Positions 23,866 to 35,801 of a DNA stretch of 64,000 bases are shown here, piece by piece. The notes beneath the pieces were generated by a model. That model saw only the letters and a program-made list of their open reading frames with translations, made no database searches and had not been told where the DNA came from. This DNA is from Marsupella aquatica (Eukaryota > Plantae > Marchantiophyta): assembly GCA_973895155.1 (NCBI GenBank), contig OZ316891.1, positions 32,021,808-32,085,807 of the forward strand. The letters run 5' to 3'. Position 1 is the stretch's first letter; every line of letters begins with the position of its first letter. Made by a program: the position numbers and the translations under genes.

Positions 23866-26300
23866 TGTGACGCCAATGACATGGTCCTTATTTTGTAATC
23901 TGATTAAGTAGGTTGCTGTATGCAAGGAGTAGCTATTGATATTGCATAACAATTAGCAAGATGGCAAGAATAAGCAATCATGGCGTTAAGAGTAGGGAAA
24001 TAAAAGCTATGTCGCAGGTGGTCGGCGACCATATCTCTTTCAATATGTCACCAAATCCGGATCTGTAAAGAGCATTGGAAAGATCTGGTCAAGGCGAGTA
24101 AAATCGATGTAAAACACTCGAGAAACGGAGGTGTATTAAGAAAGATACGGCCTGATTAGTGTGACGGGTTAACTTATGGCCGGAATTAGCGGATTCGGCT
24201 TCAGTTTCGGGTTAACCCAAGCTCGACCACGGCTTAGCTTATGTGAGCATGGCTTCAGCTTAGCTCAGGTCAGCACGGCTTCAGCTTAGCTCAGGTAAGC
24301 ACGGCTTCAGCTTAGGCTTAACCCGGGTTCGGATTAGATTGATCCCGGGTTAGACTTAACTCGGGTTAGCCTAAACTCAGGCTCAGGTTAGCATAGGTAA
24401 GCTCGGGTTCGGGCTCAGCTTAGGCTAGGATAGCGGATAGCGGATAGCGGGTAGCGGGTAGCGGCCTAACCCGAGACCACGGGTTAGCTCTACTCGGGTT
24501 AGATAGGATAGCTAGGTTAGCCGAACTCGGGTTAGCTATGTAACTCGGGTTAGCGCAACAGTGAGTACCCCCTCTCGGTTACGGGGGCATAACTCTCTGT
24601 GTATTTGACCAAATCGGCTATAATTGACCTCGTTGGAAAGAGGAGCTCAAGCCGCTTCCAACGCTGTTATCCACGTAGCAAATGGTTGAATACAGAAATC
24701 GGGAGAGGAGGCGTAAGCTCGCGAAAACCATGGAGGAGGGCCGAATCCGAAGTACATAGCCAATTCGAGATAGAAATAAAGTTTCGAGTTAGGGTTCAGT
24801 AGTTAGAGATAGTGGCGGCTCTGTTAGGGCTGGGATGGGGCTCCAGCAGCGTAGCATCCACCCATTTGGGCTCAATGAGAGAGTATATAGAGCAGCCCTC
24901 TGGTAGAGGCAGAGGGGGGGGGGAACTTCAGTTGTGTGATCTCACTTAGACTGAGCAGCAGGGAAAAGCTTTGTGCAAGCAAGGCTGGACTTGGACGCTG
25001 CGTGTTGGGGAGAGCTTGGTTGTGCTATTACTCAGGGAGTAATCAGCCAAGCTTCACAGCAACGGGTTGCTAGGTTTGCGAGCTGGATTGTGGCTCTTTC
25101 TAGTGGGCAACACAACTGGGTTCTTTTCCCCCGATACATAGCCTTGGTGAAGGTGATGTGTTGGTGATTGTAAACTGTGGGGAGGATTTCAATGCGATTT
25201 GCGGTGGGCACATTAGGGAGGCTGAGGTACTGATTTAGGGGCAGCAGGAGGAGCATTTACAGTTCAGTCTGGCAAGGCTACATGATCCATGGGGAGTCCC
25301 GGCCTTTGTCTGGTGGAGAGCACTAAGGGATCTATGGCCAGAGCTGAGCTTGCAGGGCAAGCATGAGGCCGGGCCTCATTGTAGTCTGGGGTAGATCGCC
25401 GTTAGGCCTGGTACCAGCTTTGAAGTCGAGTCAACTGTGCATGCGTACTTGACATTCTGAAATGGAGGTGTGAGATCTGTACGTGCCCCCAAGAATGAAG
25501 TGCAGTGAAGGAGGTTGAGTTCAGGATTGAGTTTGCAAGGCAAGTACGGGATTGGTTCGAGTCCAATCTGCCATCGCAATCTGGAGTGAGCCGGGCTCAG
25601 GTTCAGGATTGAGCTTGCATGGCAAGCACGGGGCTTGCGGGGCAAGCACGTCGCAATCTGGAGGAGACAGCCTTCGGGCCTAGTGTTCGGATCAAGTGTT
25701 CTCAGTGAACTATTGTGCACATCTTTGAATCCAATTGAGTTTTCCTTTCAGGCCTCATTTCTCTCATGGATGTGTGTGTGTGTGAGGCAATCTGAGTGTA
25801 TGATGAGACTAGCAGTGCCACTGAGAGGTGTACCGGGTGCATTGAAGTGGGTTGGGTGAGGGCTGTCACAGCTCTGATTGCTGAGAGTGGAATGGCAGAG
25901 TGGTGGGGCAATGGCTTAGAAGTCCCTAAGCCGGGAATCAGTCAGGAGTCACTGGTTTATGGGTACATTCCGGCGGCGGAATAGAAACATACCTATGACA
26001 GTAAGCATACGTATAGACCTATGCGCACCGTAGCGCTAGGCCCTGTGTGTACGGGCCCGATATGAAGACCCCTTCTCACCAGAACTATCATGAGCGCAGA
26101 TCTGATCCCCAACCTTGGTTCCTTGGGATTGAGCTTGGGTGATGTGTGATAGAGCTTTGCTATGATAGTCTGGTGTTAAGGGCATAAATTGGTGTTTACC
26201 GGCCTTCACAACATCCCTTCGTGATCCTCAGGTACAAGGAGATGGTTTTGGCACCCATAGTGACGTCTTTGGTGTTAAGACCCATGTCAATCGCATGACA
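23866..26300 (+). mobile_element. Solo LTR, family D (2435 bp)
   Basis: Termini TGTGACGCC...GCATGACA. TSD CAAAT at 23861-23865 and 26301-26305. Absent from the paralogous site near 35750. A near-identical inverted copy lies at 57772-60214. Confidence 0.92.
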
Positions 26301-26350
26301 CAAATCACATCTTTTAAATAAATGTGATATTTGAACTAACGTAGCTTGTT

Positions 26351-26953
26351 ATGGTTGGTCGCAGTTGGACTTATTTTACTGTTGGCAGATTGTTGTTTCC
26401 TGTTGCCTGGGGGTGTCACTGTAAACTTACTAGGGGTGGGCTCAAATCTTGGCAGCAGACTTTGGTGGGTATGTTGCCTTTCCTACATCACCAGGCGCTA
26501 TGTAGGCTCCTCCTACGGGTTGCCACATGGCTGGCCACTGTTTGGACTCTCCTGCATGGGTTGGTGTTGAAACATATTTTGGCACCGCCTGAGGATGCAA
26601 GAGACGATGAATCTTATTTTTCAGCAGATGAAATAGAAGAGCATAATGTTGTCGGGACTTCCTTGTTGCCTGGTTTGCCAGATGATATAATGTTGTCAGA
26701 TGTGTGGCTCAGAATTCTTCTATGGTCAACCGCACAAGACATTTGCAAATATAGACTAATTAGCACACAATGGAGGGACTTGGTAGCTAGCTCCCCCCAG
26801 TGGAGGGCATTACAACCACTTCTTGTAGGCACAGATCGAACCCCACCCTGGTATGCCCATGGCATACTCCTTGATGACCTGATGTACATGCCAGTGTACC
26901 TCAGGTGTGAATACCATCGAGAACAGGGTGGGTATCCAGATGAGCTCTGGTAA
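26351..26953 (+). CDS. F-box-like cargo protein (200 aa), copy 1
   Basis: F-box pattern SLLPGLPDDIMLSDVWLRI...ICKYRLISTQWRDLV with a hydrophobic N-terminal segment. ORF is intact. Confidence 0.6.
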   Translation: MVGRSWTYFTVGRLLFPVAWGCHCKLTRGGLKSWQQTLVGMLPFLHHQALCRLLLRVATWLATVWTLLHGLVLKHILAPPEDARDDESYFSADEIEEHNVVGTSLLPGLPDDIMLSDVWLRILLWSTAQDICKYRLISTQWRDLVASSPQWRALQPLLVGTDRTPPWYAHGILLDDLMYMPVYLRCEYHREQGGYPDELW

Positions 26954-27499
26954 TAACGTGACACTAGAAGAAACCGGCCCTATCTGAGACCCTCCCTTAC
27001 ATGACTTACTTGAGACCTTTGGAAATCAGTGACTCCAAGGTTATTGGTGTCATCTTTGTTACACCTTCTCAACTAAGTTTTGGTGAATTTTTGGAGAGTC
27101 GTATCTTTAACTATTTGGAGTGTTGCAATTGGAACTTAGTGTAGGCAATTATTTTGAAGTTTTATAAGTGACTCAGCACAATTATAATAGCGCTTTCTGC
27201 CATCTTTATCACCATGGTTGCACATATATAAGAACAATGTAACTTTGGCTCTTATTAAATAATAATCTCGGCCCACATCCCAAATCCAACCCATACATAT
27301 ATACTTTATTTGTATGATTCACAAAATGATTATAGGTGTGGCTATATATACCTGAGGCCGGTGCAATTGCAAGTCGCGCGCCATGATGCAGGCCACTGGT
27401 TAATTACTCCATCATACAAACAAAAAGACACACACTAAACCCACTAACATCATTTGGCAACGTTCTGTCTCCAAATATACCCCTTGGCCAATTTCAAAT

Positions 27500-30400
27500 G
27501 GTTGCAGCTCCCTTCATGTAGGAATATTGAACGGCCCAATATAAGGGACTCTTTTTGTTAAGGGTACAATGTAATGCCTTTGCCGCAAGACCACTTCTAC
27601 CTACTCTTCCTTGTAATATGTGTTGCCCTCAATTGGCTTCATGAACCCCTTCACCTAATGGACCATGCCGCAAGTTTCCACATGCTACATGGTAATGCCT
27701 TTGCCCATCGAGTGTTTTGCCCGAACCCCTTGTGCCAAAACCCATGGGAGAAACAACGAGTGCCTTTGCGCGCATAGAGTGTCGGCATTTGGTGAGCGGG
27801 AAGGAAGAGCCAAACATCGTCAGGCTTGGGCTTTCGAGTGAATCCTATCGAGCTTCTTTGAGTGTCTTGTCTCCGCGCTTGCAGGAGACCCTGCTTGGAT
27901 TCTTGCTACTATTGGGAGCTCGGGGTTGGAAGGAGGGTTGAGTCATTGGTGGTGGAAGGAGCTGTGGGTTTAGGAGGCTGCTTATTGCGAGCACAAAACA
28001 TTGCAGCGGTGACATTGCTAGGTTTTGCGATTGTGCTGTGGGTTTAGGCCGGGTTACTATGAGCTTATGTTGTTGCAGCACTACCGTGGATAAGGGGCTG
28101 TGGAGGACCGAGGAGCTACGACGTAGAACTGAGGAGCTGCAAAAAAGTGGGGAGTGATCTTGAAGGCCAACTATCTAGCGTGAGGTGGATCATCGTGGTT
28201 GCAATAGCGACCGGGCCCTGTTTTGCATTGGCACTGTCAGTAAGACAGTTTGTGGACGCGCGAAAGAGTCGCAAGGAGTTGTTCTTGCGGGCTGACACAA
28301 CTTCATGGGAGTGTTGAAGGTTTAGGGTGAGCAACAGTGGAGAGCTCATTGCTTGGTGGCAGGATTCAAGGTCGTCGGCACATTGTGGACATCTCACAAA
28401 GTTCATTGTGTGAGGTGGATGATAGGGTTGCAAGGCCAACCGGGCCCTACTTTTGCATTGAGCAATGTGAGTGAGGTGAGGGGACCTATTGCTACCCTTT
28501 ATGTTTGCGCTCCCATTGCCCCGATTATTGCTTGACAGCTTGCTGCGGAGTTTGTGAGGAGAGCGGAGTTTGTGAGGAGAGACATTGCAACCCTTTCTCG
28601 AACAAAATCTCTGGAGGTGGATAGGGTGGCCGCATTTTAGGTTTGTGGAGGACATTGTTTTGCTTGCATTTGCATTGTTCTTGTTGCGGACATTGGATTT
28701 CAACAGCGAGGCTTTGAGGCGGAGTTGGAGTGGAGGTGAACATTGATCTCAACTGAGTGAGTTTGAGCTGCAACATAGGTGGACATTGCATCTGCTTTGA
28801 ACCGCACTCCTCGGGAACAACTCTGGCATTTAAGCTTTCGGCGCTTCTCTTACTGCCGTGAACAACTCTGTAAGGTTGTAGGCAATAGTGCGCTTAGTGA
28901 GGTCCTACTTAGTCAAGAGCAACTTCTTCCTATCAAAGACACGCTTGGGATCCCAAACTCACATGATTGTCTGTTGAATGTGCTTTTTCACTGTCTCTCC
29001 CCACGTCTCTCTTGGCAAAACTAGATGATACTCCAGCCTTTTACGATTCCTCTGTTTCATCAGTGTGTCAATCACTCCCTCACTTCTCATACCATAGTTA
29101 CCTTCCCTATCAACATCGCTCTCATTGGAGCTGAAATCATCTTCTTGCGTCCTTCACAGCATCTGCTTAACGTTTGTGTAACCGGGAGTTACCAGGCCCT
29201 TTGAGTTTTTCATTGTTTGCCTATGGTGCTGGCATTATTGTCACACTTGTTCTCATTCCGCAGTGCACTATTTGCAATTCAATTATCCTTCAGAATTCTG
29301 TCAAAAGGTGAAGTATTAGTAAGTCCGACTACATTTTCCCTTTACTCACAATTTCATTTCATAATCGCCTACGTGTGGGAGCATTCCACAAACTGAGCAA
29401 AGGTGCAACTGTGGTGGAGATATGCGGAGCTGAGCTAAGCTAAATCTTGGCAGGTCCTCATCAATTGAGCGCAGGCTGGACTGACATGAGCGTTACTATT
29501 CAAAGAGGAAGCTGCTGAGTGCATGGAGCTGCAATTGACATTTGGTACTAATTGCTGATTTTGTTGGAGCTTCCTTTGCGCAAGCTAGGTGTATTCTGAC
29601 CTTGGAGCTACCGGGGCCGCTACTGGAAGGTACTATTGCTCCTGACTACCATGACTGTAATGTCGGATATATGCGTGAATTGTCGTTTGAGTAATGCTTG
29701 TAAAATCTTGTAATGCTTGTAAAATCTTTCAAAGTTTGTGAAGGTAAGATAAACTGTGGAGTCTCTCTGTCATTCTTCTTGTTCCAAGCCTACAACTCGT
29801 CCTTTTTGCCATGTCCTCTTCTGTATCCTGTTTTGTATCTTGTATTTTGTCACTTTAAATTGTCCATGATGTTGTGAGATGTTTCATTCGTTCTAGTTCG
29901 CTCTGGTTCAAGTCATTACTCAGTAAGTCAAATCTTCCATGGTTAGAAATTAAAGACAAGCTTAAAGAAACTAAATGGCAGTCCAATATTTGAGTTGGGG
30001 AAAATAATGAGGAAATGAATGAGGTACAGGATACACATAAATAAAAATGACTGTGAGCTGCAGCTGGTCAGGTGGAGGGGATTGCAAACGCGCTACCATC
30101 AGCGACACATCTCAACTTTCCGCAACGAGCGCTGTTGACATTCGGCTGGTTGTAAGTGTATTTCGAAATTGACCCTAACTTGCTTATGAAAATAAAACAC
30201 TTCAAGCTATGAATATAATTACAGGAATGACATTTAAGGCCACCGCATGTTTGGTATTGGGTTCTCTAGAATTTTGGTACCCTCTTTCCTCACCTCAAAT
30301 TTGAACAATGATGGTAGTCTCAGGCTCCGTATTGCCTACAATCAGTGGTACTCAGCGTGGGAGCTGTTGAGGCTGATTTTGAGCCGAGCTTACCTGAGCA

Positions 30401-31250
30401 CACTTGGGAGCTGCTGCATTGACAGGTCTGAAACTCTGACGGGTTGGCTTAAATCCTTTGCTTCCTTGTGCTCTATTTTGGGGAGTTAATAAAGTTTGGC
30501 CTTGAAATGGTTACTTACACTTATGTTTGAAAGTTGACCTGTAACTCCCCTGAGACCGGTACTCTGTCAGTTCCGCTGGTAGTCTGTCTGTCGGGTTCTT
30601 TCTAATTTTGGTAGTCTGTTTGTTGGGTTCTTCAACTCCAGACATCTGAAATTTTTCCCCTCTCGCTGTATCCACTGATGCCAACTCACTTTCATCACCT
30701 CAATTCTGAACAATGATGGTAGTCTCAGGCTCCATACTGCCTATAGTGAATGGTACTTGGTAAAGTTTCTATTGTCTCAATCGTACTTGAATTCGAGGAG
30801 AATAAGAAGAAGCCAAGGTCATTAATTATGTTGGTTGTGTCGACTCCTTGTTTTGTGTATTGTGACTTTGGCTCTAATGTGTGAGAGCTTCTAGCTGCGA
30901 TGTCCACCTCAGATGAAGTGATTTGTCTCACAATGCCATTGCTCATGAAACCTTGCTTCTGCTGATGAAACCTTGGATCTTCTTAATCAAATGCTTGCTG
31001 CCTTGTTACAACGTTTGTCCAGTTGACCGCTTCAGTGCCTATTCTTCATTTCCTGTTGTTCCATTTTTGGATATTTTTGCTTAAGGAACCTGCATTTCCT
31101 TCCCTGTCCCCATGCTATCTCCACTGCACCTTCCATTGCTAGCTATGCTGATTCCTTCCACTGCTAGCTCTAGACAATGATGCAGTCCAAATGCTGATCA
31201 GTCTCACTGGGGTTGCCGGTGCAGACATGACTCGCACTGTGTGATTGTAG
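27500..31250 (-). other. Possible degenerate multi-exon minus-strand gene remnant inside CACTA-2, product unknown
   Basis: Several short minus-strand ORFs and canonical minus-strand splice signals, e.g. CAG|GTAAG near 30390, GTAAGT near 30515 and TGCAG| near 31090. No recognisable domain. Confidence 0.25.
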
Positions 31251-31478
31251 TTTTGTTTTGTCGGGAAGAATGTGTTTGGCTAAGATGCTAGATTGTGGCT
31301 TGTCTTCTTGCTTCTAGCTCGTGTATATTCAATTAATAGAAGCTAGGAACGAAGTGAAAATTGAATTTCCTTATATTAAGCATCTTGACCTAGAAACTCA
31401 ATACATAAACTCCAGGAGTCCCTTGGGACATAAAATGAGCCAAATTGTTTCAAAATTGGGAACCTGCACCCGCACTAC

Positions 31479-31822
31479 TCAAACAAATGTGTTGGGCCTG
31501 GTGGCCTTGTAAGTCATCTTCAGCTTTCGCAATGGAGGTTGAATCTTGCGGTACGTCAAGGGGAACTTGATCTTCGAATCATGGAACTGCTTGGTACTTT
31601 CTCGCTTGCACAGAGAGACAGGGACTGTCGTAGTCTTGATGATCTGGATGCAAGGGAACCGAACTCTATGACAAGAAGCCATCTCATCATACATCTGCTC
31701 TACAGCTCCGTTCAACGTGGTATGACGATATTCCTTGTACATGTTGTGATAACCTGTACGACTCTAATACCTCACCCAGATACCGAAGTTCTTTTGTTTG
31801 TGGTGGGCTTCTTTTCGAAGAT
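31479..31822 (-). pseudogene. RPL18A: Captured last exon of 60S ribosomal protein L18a (eL20)
   Basis: IFEKKPT..(frameshift)[53 protein letters not shown]...[12 protein letters not shown]...[11 protein letters not shown]. Preceded by the intron acceptor TCTACCAG|. Confidence 0.92.
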
Positions 31823-32835
31823 CTGGTAGACACATTATTCAGCATTTGCTAACTTCAAAACTAGAAGGGTAACACATTAAACAACAGAGAAACTCACAAG
31901 TTCATCCTCCTTTGGTCCTTTAGAGTCTGTACTTTGATTATGAAGTTTGACTGAGTTTCTATTTACTGAAAGAATGTGACTGTGTAAGAGTTCCGTTTGG
32001 CAGTGGATTGGTTGAAGCACTTCATGCTAGTGTGTTGTCCACAGCTCTTCAACCAGCTTTCGTATTCCTTGTCTTTCACCACTTACGATGACATCAATTC
32101 AGCTAAGACCATAGAAGGTTCCAAAGCATCTAACTTGTAAAATCGCATTCTGTTACATCAAGGACTAAGGTGTTGGGTGCCAAAGGAGACAGCACAACAA
32201 ACACGCTGAAAAGACTTCAGGACTAGGTTCAACAAGGTAGTGAAGGTGCTTAGAGCCATAGTAAGTATGCATTCTGTATCTTTCTCTGTTGATGTGAGCT
32301 TGTGCATAATGGGAGTTGTAGTTGGCAAGAGTTCCAAATATGAATAGATCCAGAAGTATGTGATCATGTACTTGCTCTATAAAGTTCTGAAGATATAAGC
32401 ATTTTCTGTTAGACCAGGCAACTTGGGAGTTGGTAAGTGTCCCCTGCATCTGAGGGGCTACACCAGGGGCATCAGTGGAGGTTCACTTGCACAACACGAC
32501 AGCCAGTGAATTTTCTCTCTACTGCAACCTGCAAGGTGAGACTTTCGGTCTTTCTGGATGAAAAAACAGGATTTTAATATGATTGATATACATGTCCGTT
32601 GAGAACATGGGTTTATCACCAAGCTCTTTGTCTTAGGAAACTCATAAACTCAGAATCAAATATGTACTATGCATGTTTCATGCTATGTGTATACTATGAC
32701 CTGTAGTTGGAACCAAGACAGTGAGTGGGAACTGATTAGTTTAGGTTGGTTGCTGTTGGCAAGGCAAGTCAACCTCCTGCTCACCTTGCTCATCAAAGGA
32801 CGTGAATAGAGGACATCACAACAAAAGCAACACTT

Positions 32836-33285
32836 ATGGTGAGGACCCGCAACGCTGAACATGTGCGGCTTGCACGCAAGGCAGAGATGTTGCACCTTGA
32901 GTATGTCAGACTTGGGATCCTTCCAGCCCAGTCTGCATGGTACTTTGAGTACCCTGTTGTTTCCAGGAACAACTACAGCCGGCCTCTACCTGCTTCAGTA
33001 CCCTTCCCGACATCCTTGGTATTTGTGTCTCTTGTACATGACCTGCCACAAATTAGGTGCCAAGGGTGTGTGCACAGTTGCCAATATGACTGTCCTGCCT
33101 ATAGGGCTTCTGGCCCAGAATTGGATGACCGTTCTCTTGGATGCCGATTTTTGCACAGAGCACAATGTATCATCTGGAACCACTCGCCATCCTGCAGTGT
33201 GCCTGGTGATGTCACTTGTCCTGCCCTCCCAGACCCCACCACTGGTGGCTTTGGTGTCTACACATGTTTGGATCACATGCTCTAG
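32836..33285 (+). CDS. Cys/His-rich cargo ORF of unknown function, copy 2 (149 aa)
   Basis: Open ATG-to-stop ORF colinear with 14040-14493. Confidence 0.4.
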   Translation: MVRTRNAEHVRLARKAEMLHLEYVRLGILPAQSAWYFEYPVVSRNNYSRPLPASVPFPTSLVFVSLVHDLPQIRCQGCVHSCQYDCPAYRASGPELDDRSLGCRFLHRAQCIIWNHSPSCSVPGDVTCPALPDPTTGGFGVYTCLDHML

Positions 33286-34054
33286 AGGACCACTTGTCAC
33301 ACCGCATGCACAGACCAAATACCATTGACCTATAGCTTAACACTCTGACTTCAACACAAAGGATATTTACTTAAAATTTTGATGTATGAGCAATTTTGGG
33401 TCCAGGGTTTAGGGTCAACAGTACATAACTTATCCTATTATGCCTGCACTAAGCAAAATATCCTAATTTAAGAGGCTAGCAAACTCGCTTAAAAGTCTCT
33501 ATTGAAAGACTGCTTTAATATTGCTTTAACCTGGTGAACATTGCAACGTTGAATGAATTAATGGGCCATGTGATAACCTGCAAAATGTGATTTATGCCTC
33601 ACTTATTTGTCTCAGCCACTATCATAGCCTATTTAGGATGTATAAATTTCAACCCTTATGACACTGCTTCATACCAATCCTCTTCGAAGAATGCCTGTTT
33701 TACATGTCACGACTATTGTATGTGATTCAAATGCATGAAATGTTGTTGCAGATCTCCTTTGGTGAATCATAGCCACAATTAAAATTGAGGTGTTGGTGGA
33801 GAAATTGTATTAGGGGATCAGTTTTGTGTGTGGGCTCAACATACCAAAAGTATGTCTACTCTGCATCCTTGTGTGGCCATTCCAATTCATTGCAGTAGCA
33901 AATACCTTTGTACCTTAAATGCTAAATATATTTTACTTTCTGTGCAGTCTGCTAAATTGCAGAGTCTATCTAAATGCCTTTGTACCTTAAATGCTAAATA
34001 TATTTTACTTTCTGTGCAGTCTGCTGAATTGTAGAGTCTATCTCATGCGCAGGC

Positions 34055-34260
34055 ATGGCACGGCCTAAAATTCAAGCCAAAAAGCGTGTGACAGAGGTGA
34101 GAAACACAAGTGTACTTGGGGCAGATGCTACTAACTTCTCTGCAAGTCAGATTTTCCAGAAGGCAGCTCATTGTTGTGCCATTTGTGACAATGGTGGGGG
34201 CCTGGTCATTTGTGAGGGCCTTTGCATGAGGCATTTCCACCTCAACCCGGAGTCTCACCC
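34055..34260 (+). pseudogene. EDM2-like PHD gene, copy 2, internally deleted
   Basis: MARPKIQAKKRVTE...CAICDNGGGLVICEGLCMRHFHLNPESH, then the sequence jumps directly to that found at ~22390 in copy 1. Confidence 0.75.
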
Positions 34261-34792
34261 TAAACATGCACAGTGCACCTGATGTGGATGTACTATTTTT
34301 GAGATTGCAGAGATTCCAATTTTGAAAAGGAGTTGGGTATGCGAGTTTATATAGGCAACACTTATCTTCTGCTTTGGCGTCAGTGGCTGGGTACATGCCT
34401 ATAAAAACTTATCCTTACAAGCCTTCTTGGAAGTATTTAGGCTGAGTGGTCATTTTCATAAACACTTTCATCAGACTGCTAAATTAAAACAGAACTTCTA
34501 AGTTGTAAGCGTATAAATTATCAGGCATGCAATTAATCAAATTGCCCTATAAGTTTGTCATTGAATGTATCCTCCTTTACAACAAAATATGTATGTGCCA
34601 TGACAAGTTGGTTGCACTTCATTTCACCTTCGATATGGATTTTGTAGTATATATTCAAACAATGTCCTGCATCCGTGCAGGTGCCTAGTATGTATTGTTC
34701 ACATATCCCTTGTACCTATCAAAATTGGACCTGAGCACCAGTGGGCCAGATCAACTCAAAAAGCAAGAATTTTGTTGTCCTTGTATTGTCAG

Positions 34793-35713
34793 GTGAACCC
34801 ATTCTTCCAAAATTCATTGTCATCACGTAGGGTGTGTGTACATGGAGCCTGGGAACGTAGAAAGTGTGACCACCCAGCAGTGTTTATAGGGGTCAGAGCC
34901 ATTTTGGTCCATGGCCAGCATGGGTTGACCAAAGTGCATTGGCCAACTGTACAGAAACGATTCTCTGAGCTCCATGGCACTGTACTTCAGGACATCACTC
35001 CAGAGACTACACATGTTGTTGCAGGGACATGGCTATCAGTGATAAACAAGTGGTCATGGTCCTACATGAATTCTGCAATTACTAAGCAAGGCCTAAAAGT
35101 AGTTGAGGCCTCTTGGATCACAGATTCCATAGCACATAAGATTGTATAGGATACTGAGCAATATGAGCTGTGGGAGGATGAAGAAGCTATTGCATCAGCT
35201 TGGGCTGAACAAGAAGTCTGGGAAGCAAAGGCACGGCTTGCTGATGTCCAATATGGACCTGTACTCAACAAAGGACAGAGCTCTACAAGGCTGAAGAGTA
35301 TGTTGGCTGAGGAGACGAAGCAACCAACCCCCATTCTGAAAGGGCTGAGCATGGTATTTGTGGAGGCGGGAATTGGAGAGGTTAAGTGCAAAGTGTACAA
35401 GTCCACAGTGCTTGACCTAGGTGGGACAGTGGAGGAGAATATAACAGAGGACACCACTCATGTCATTACTAAGTCATATCCCAAAGCCTGCCGCAAGTTT
35501 GGGAAGGTAGACATTCGCTTTTATGTCATGTCCCATAATGTGTTTGTGGTTTCATATGCTTGGCTTGTGGAATCAGTAGCAGCTAGGAAGCGTCAAAACC
35601 CAATGGACTATGATCTTTTTGAGGCCTGGCCACGGAAGGGTCAGGATCCTTACAGAGAGGACTATGAGACAACAAGTGAGGAATGGGTCATTAGCGATTC
35701 TGAATCAGAGTGA
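34793..35713 (+). pseudogene. Tandem-BRCT cargo gene, copy 2 (one frame, single TAG at 35147-35149)
   Basis: ORFs 34772-35149 and 35300-35713 share a frame, and copy 1 has CAG at the stop. The second BRCT (ILKGLSMVFVEAGIG...LGGTVEENITEDTTHVI...YAWLVESVAARKRQNPMDYDL) resembles the recalled N-terminal BRCT of plant DNA polymerase lambda. Confidence 0.8.
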
Positions 35714-35801
35714 GGAGTAGTAGCATCAGTTTGGACACAATTTTTTTTGTATAAATCAGATCATTGAAATAAATGTGATCTTTGAACTAATGTACCTTGT
35801 T

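Larger units (their letters stand above)
9821..26961 (+). mobile_element. CACTA (En/Spm) element 1: left end and cargo region, interrupted by CACTA-2
   Basis: TIR CACTAGTAGAAACCGGGGC at 9821, preceded by TAT as the putative 3-bp TSD. Short GTCAT/ATGAC/GTGAC subterminal motifs at 9840-10090. Internal sequence from ~13547 is homologous to the CACTA-2 interior. Confidence 0.7.

Noticed and set aside
24599-25984. ORFs shared by the two family D LTRs as genes
   Set aside because: They are short, often lack ATG starts, and are shared only because the copies are nearly identical.
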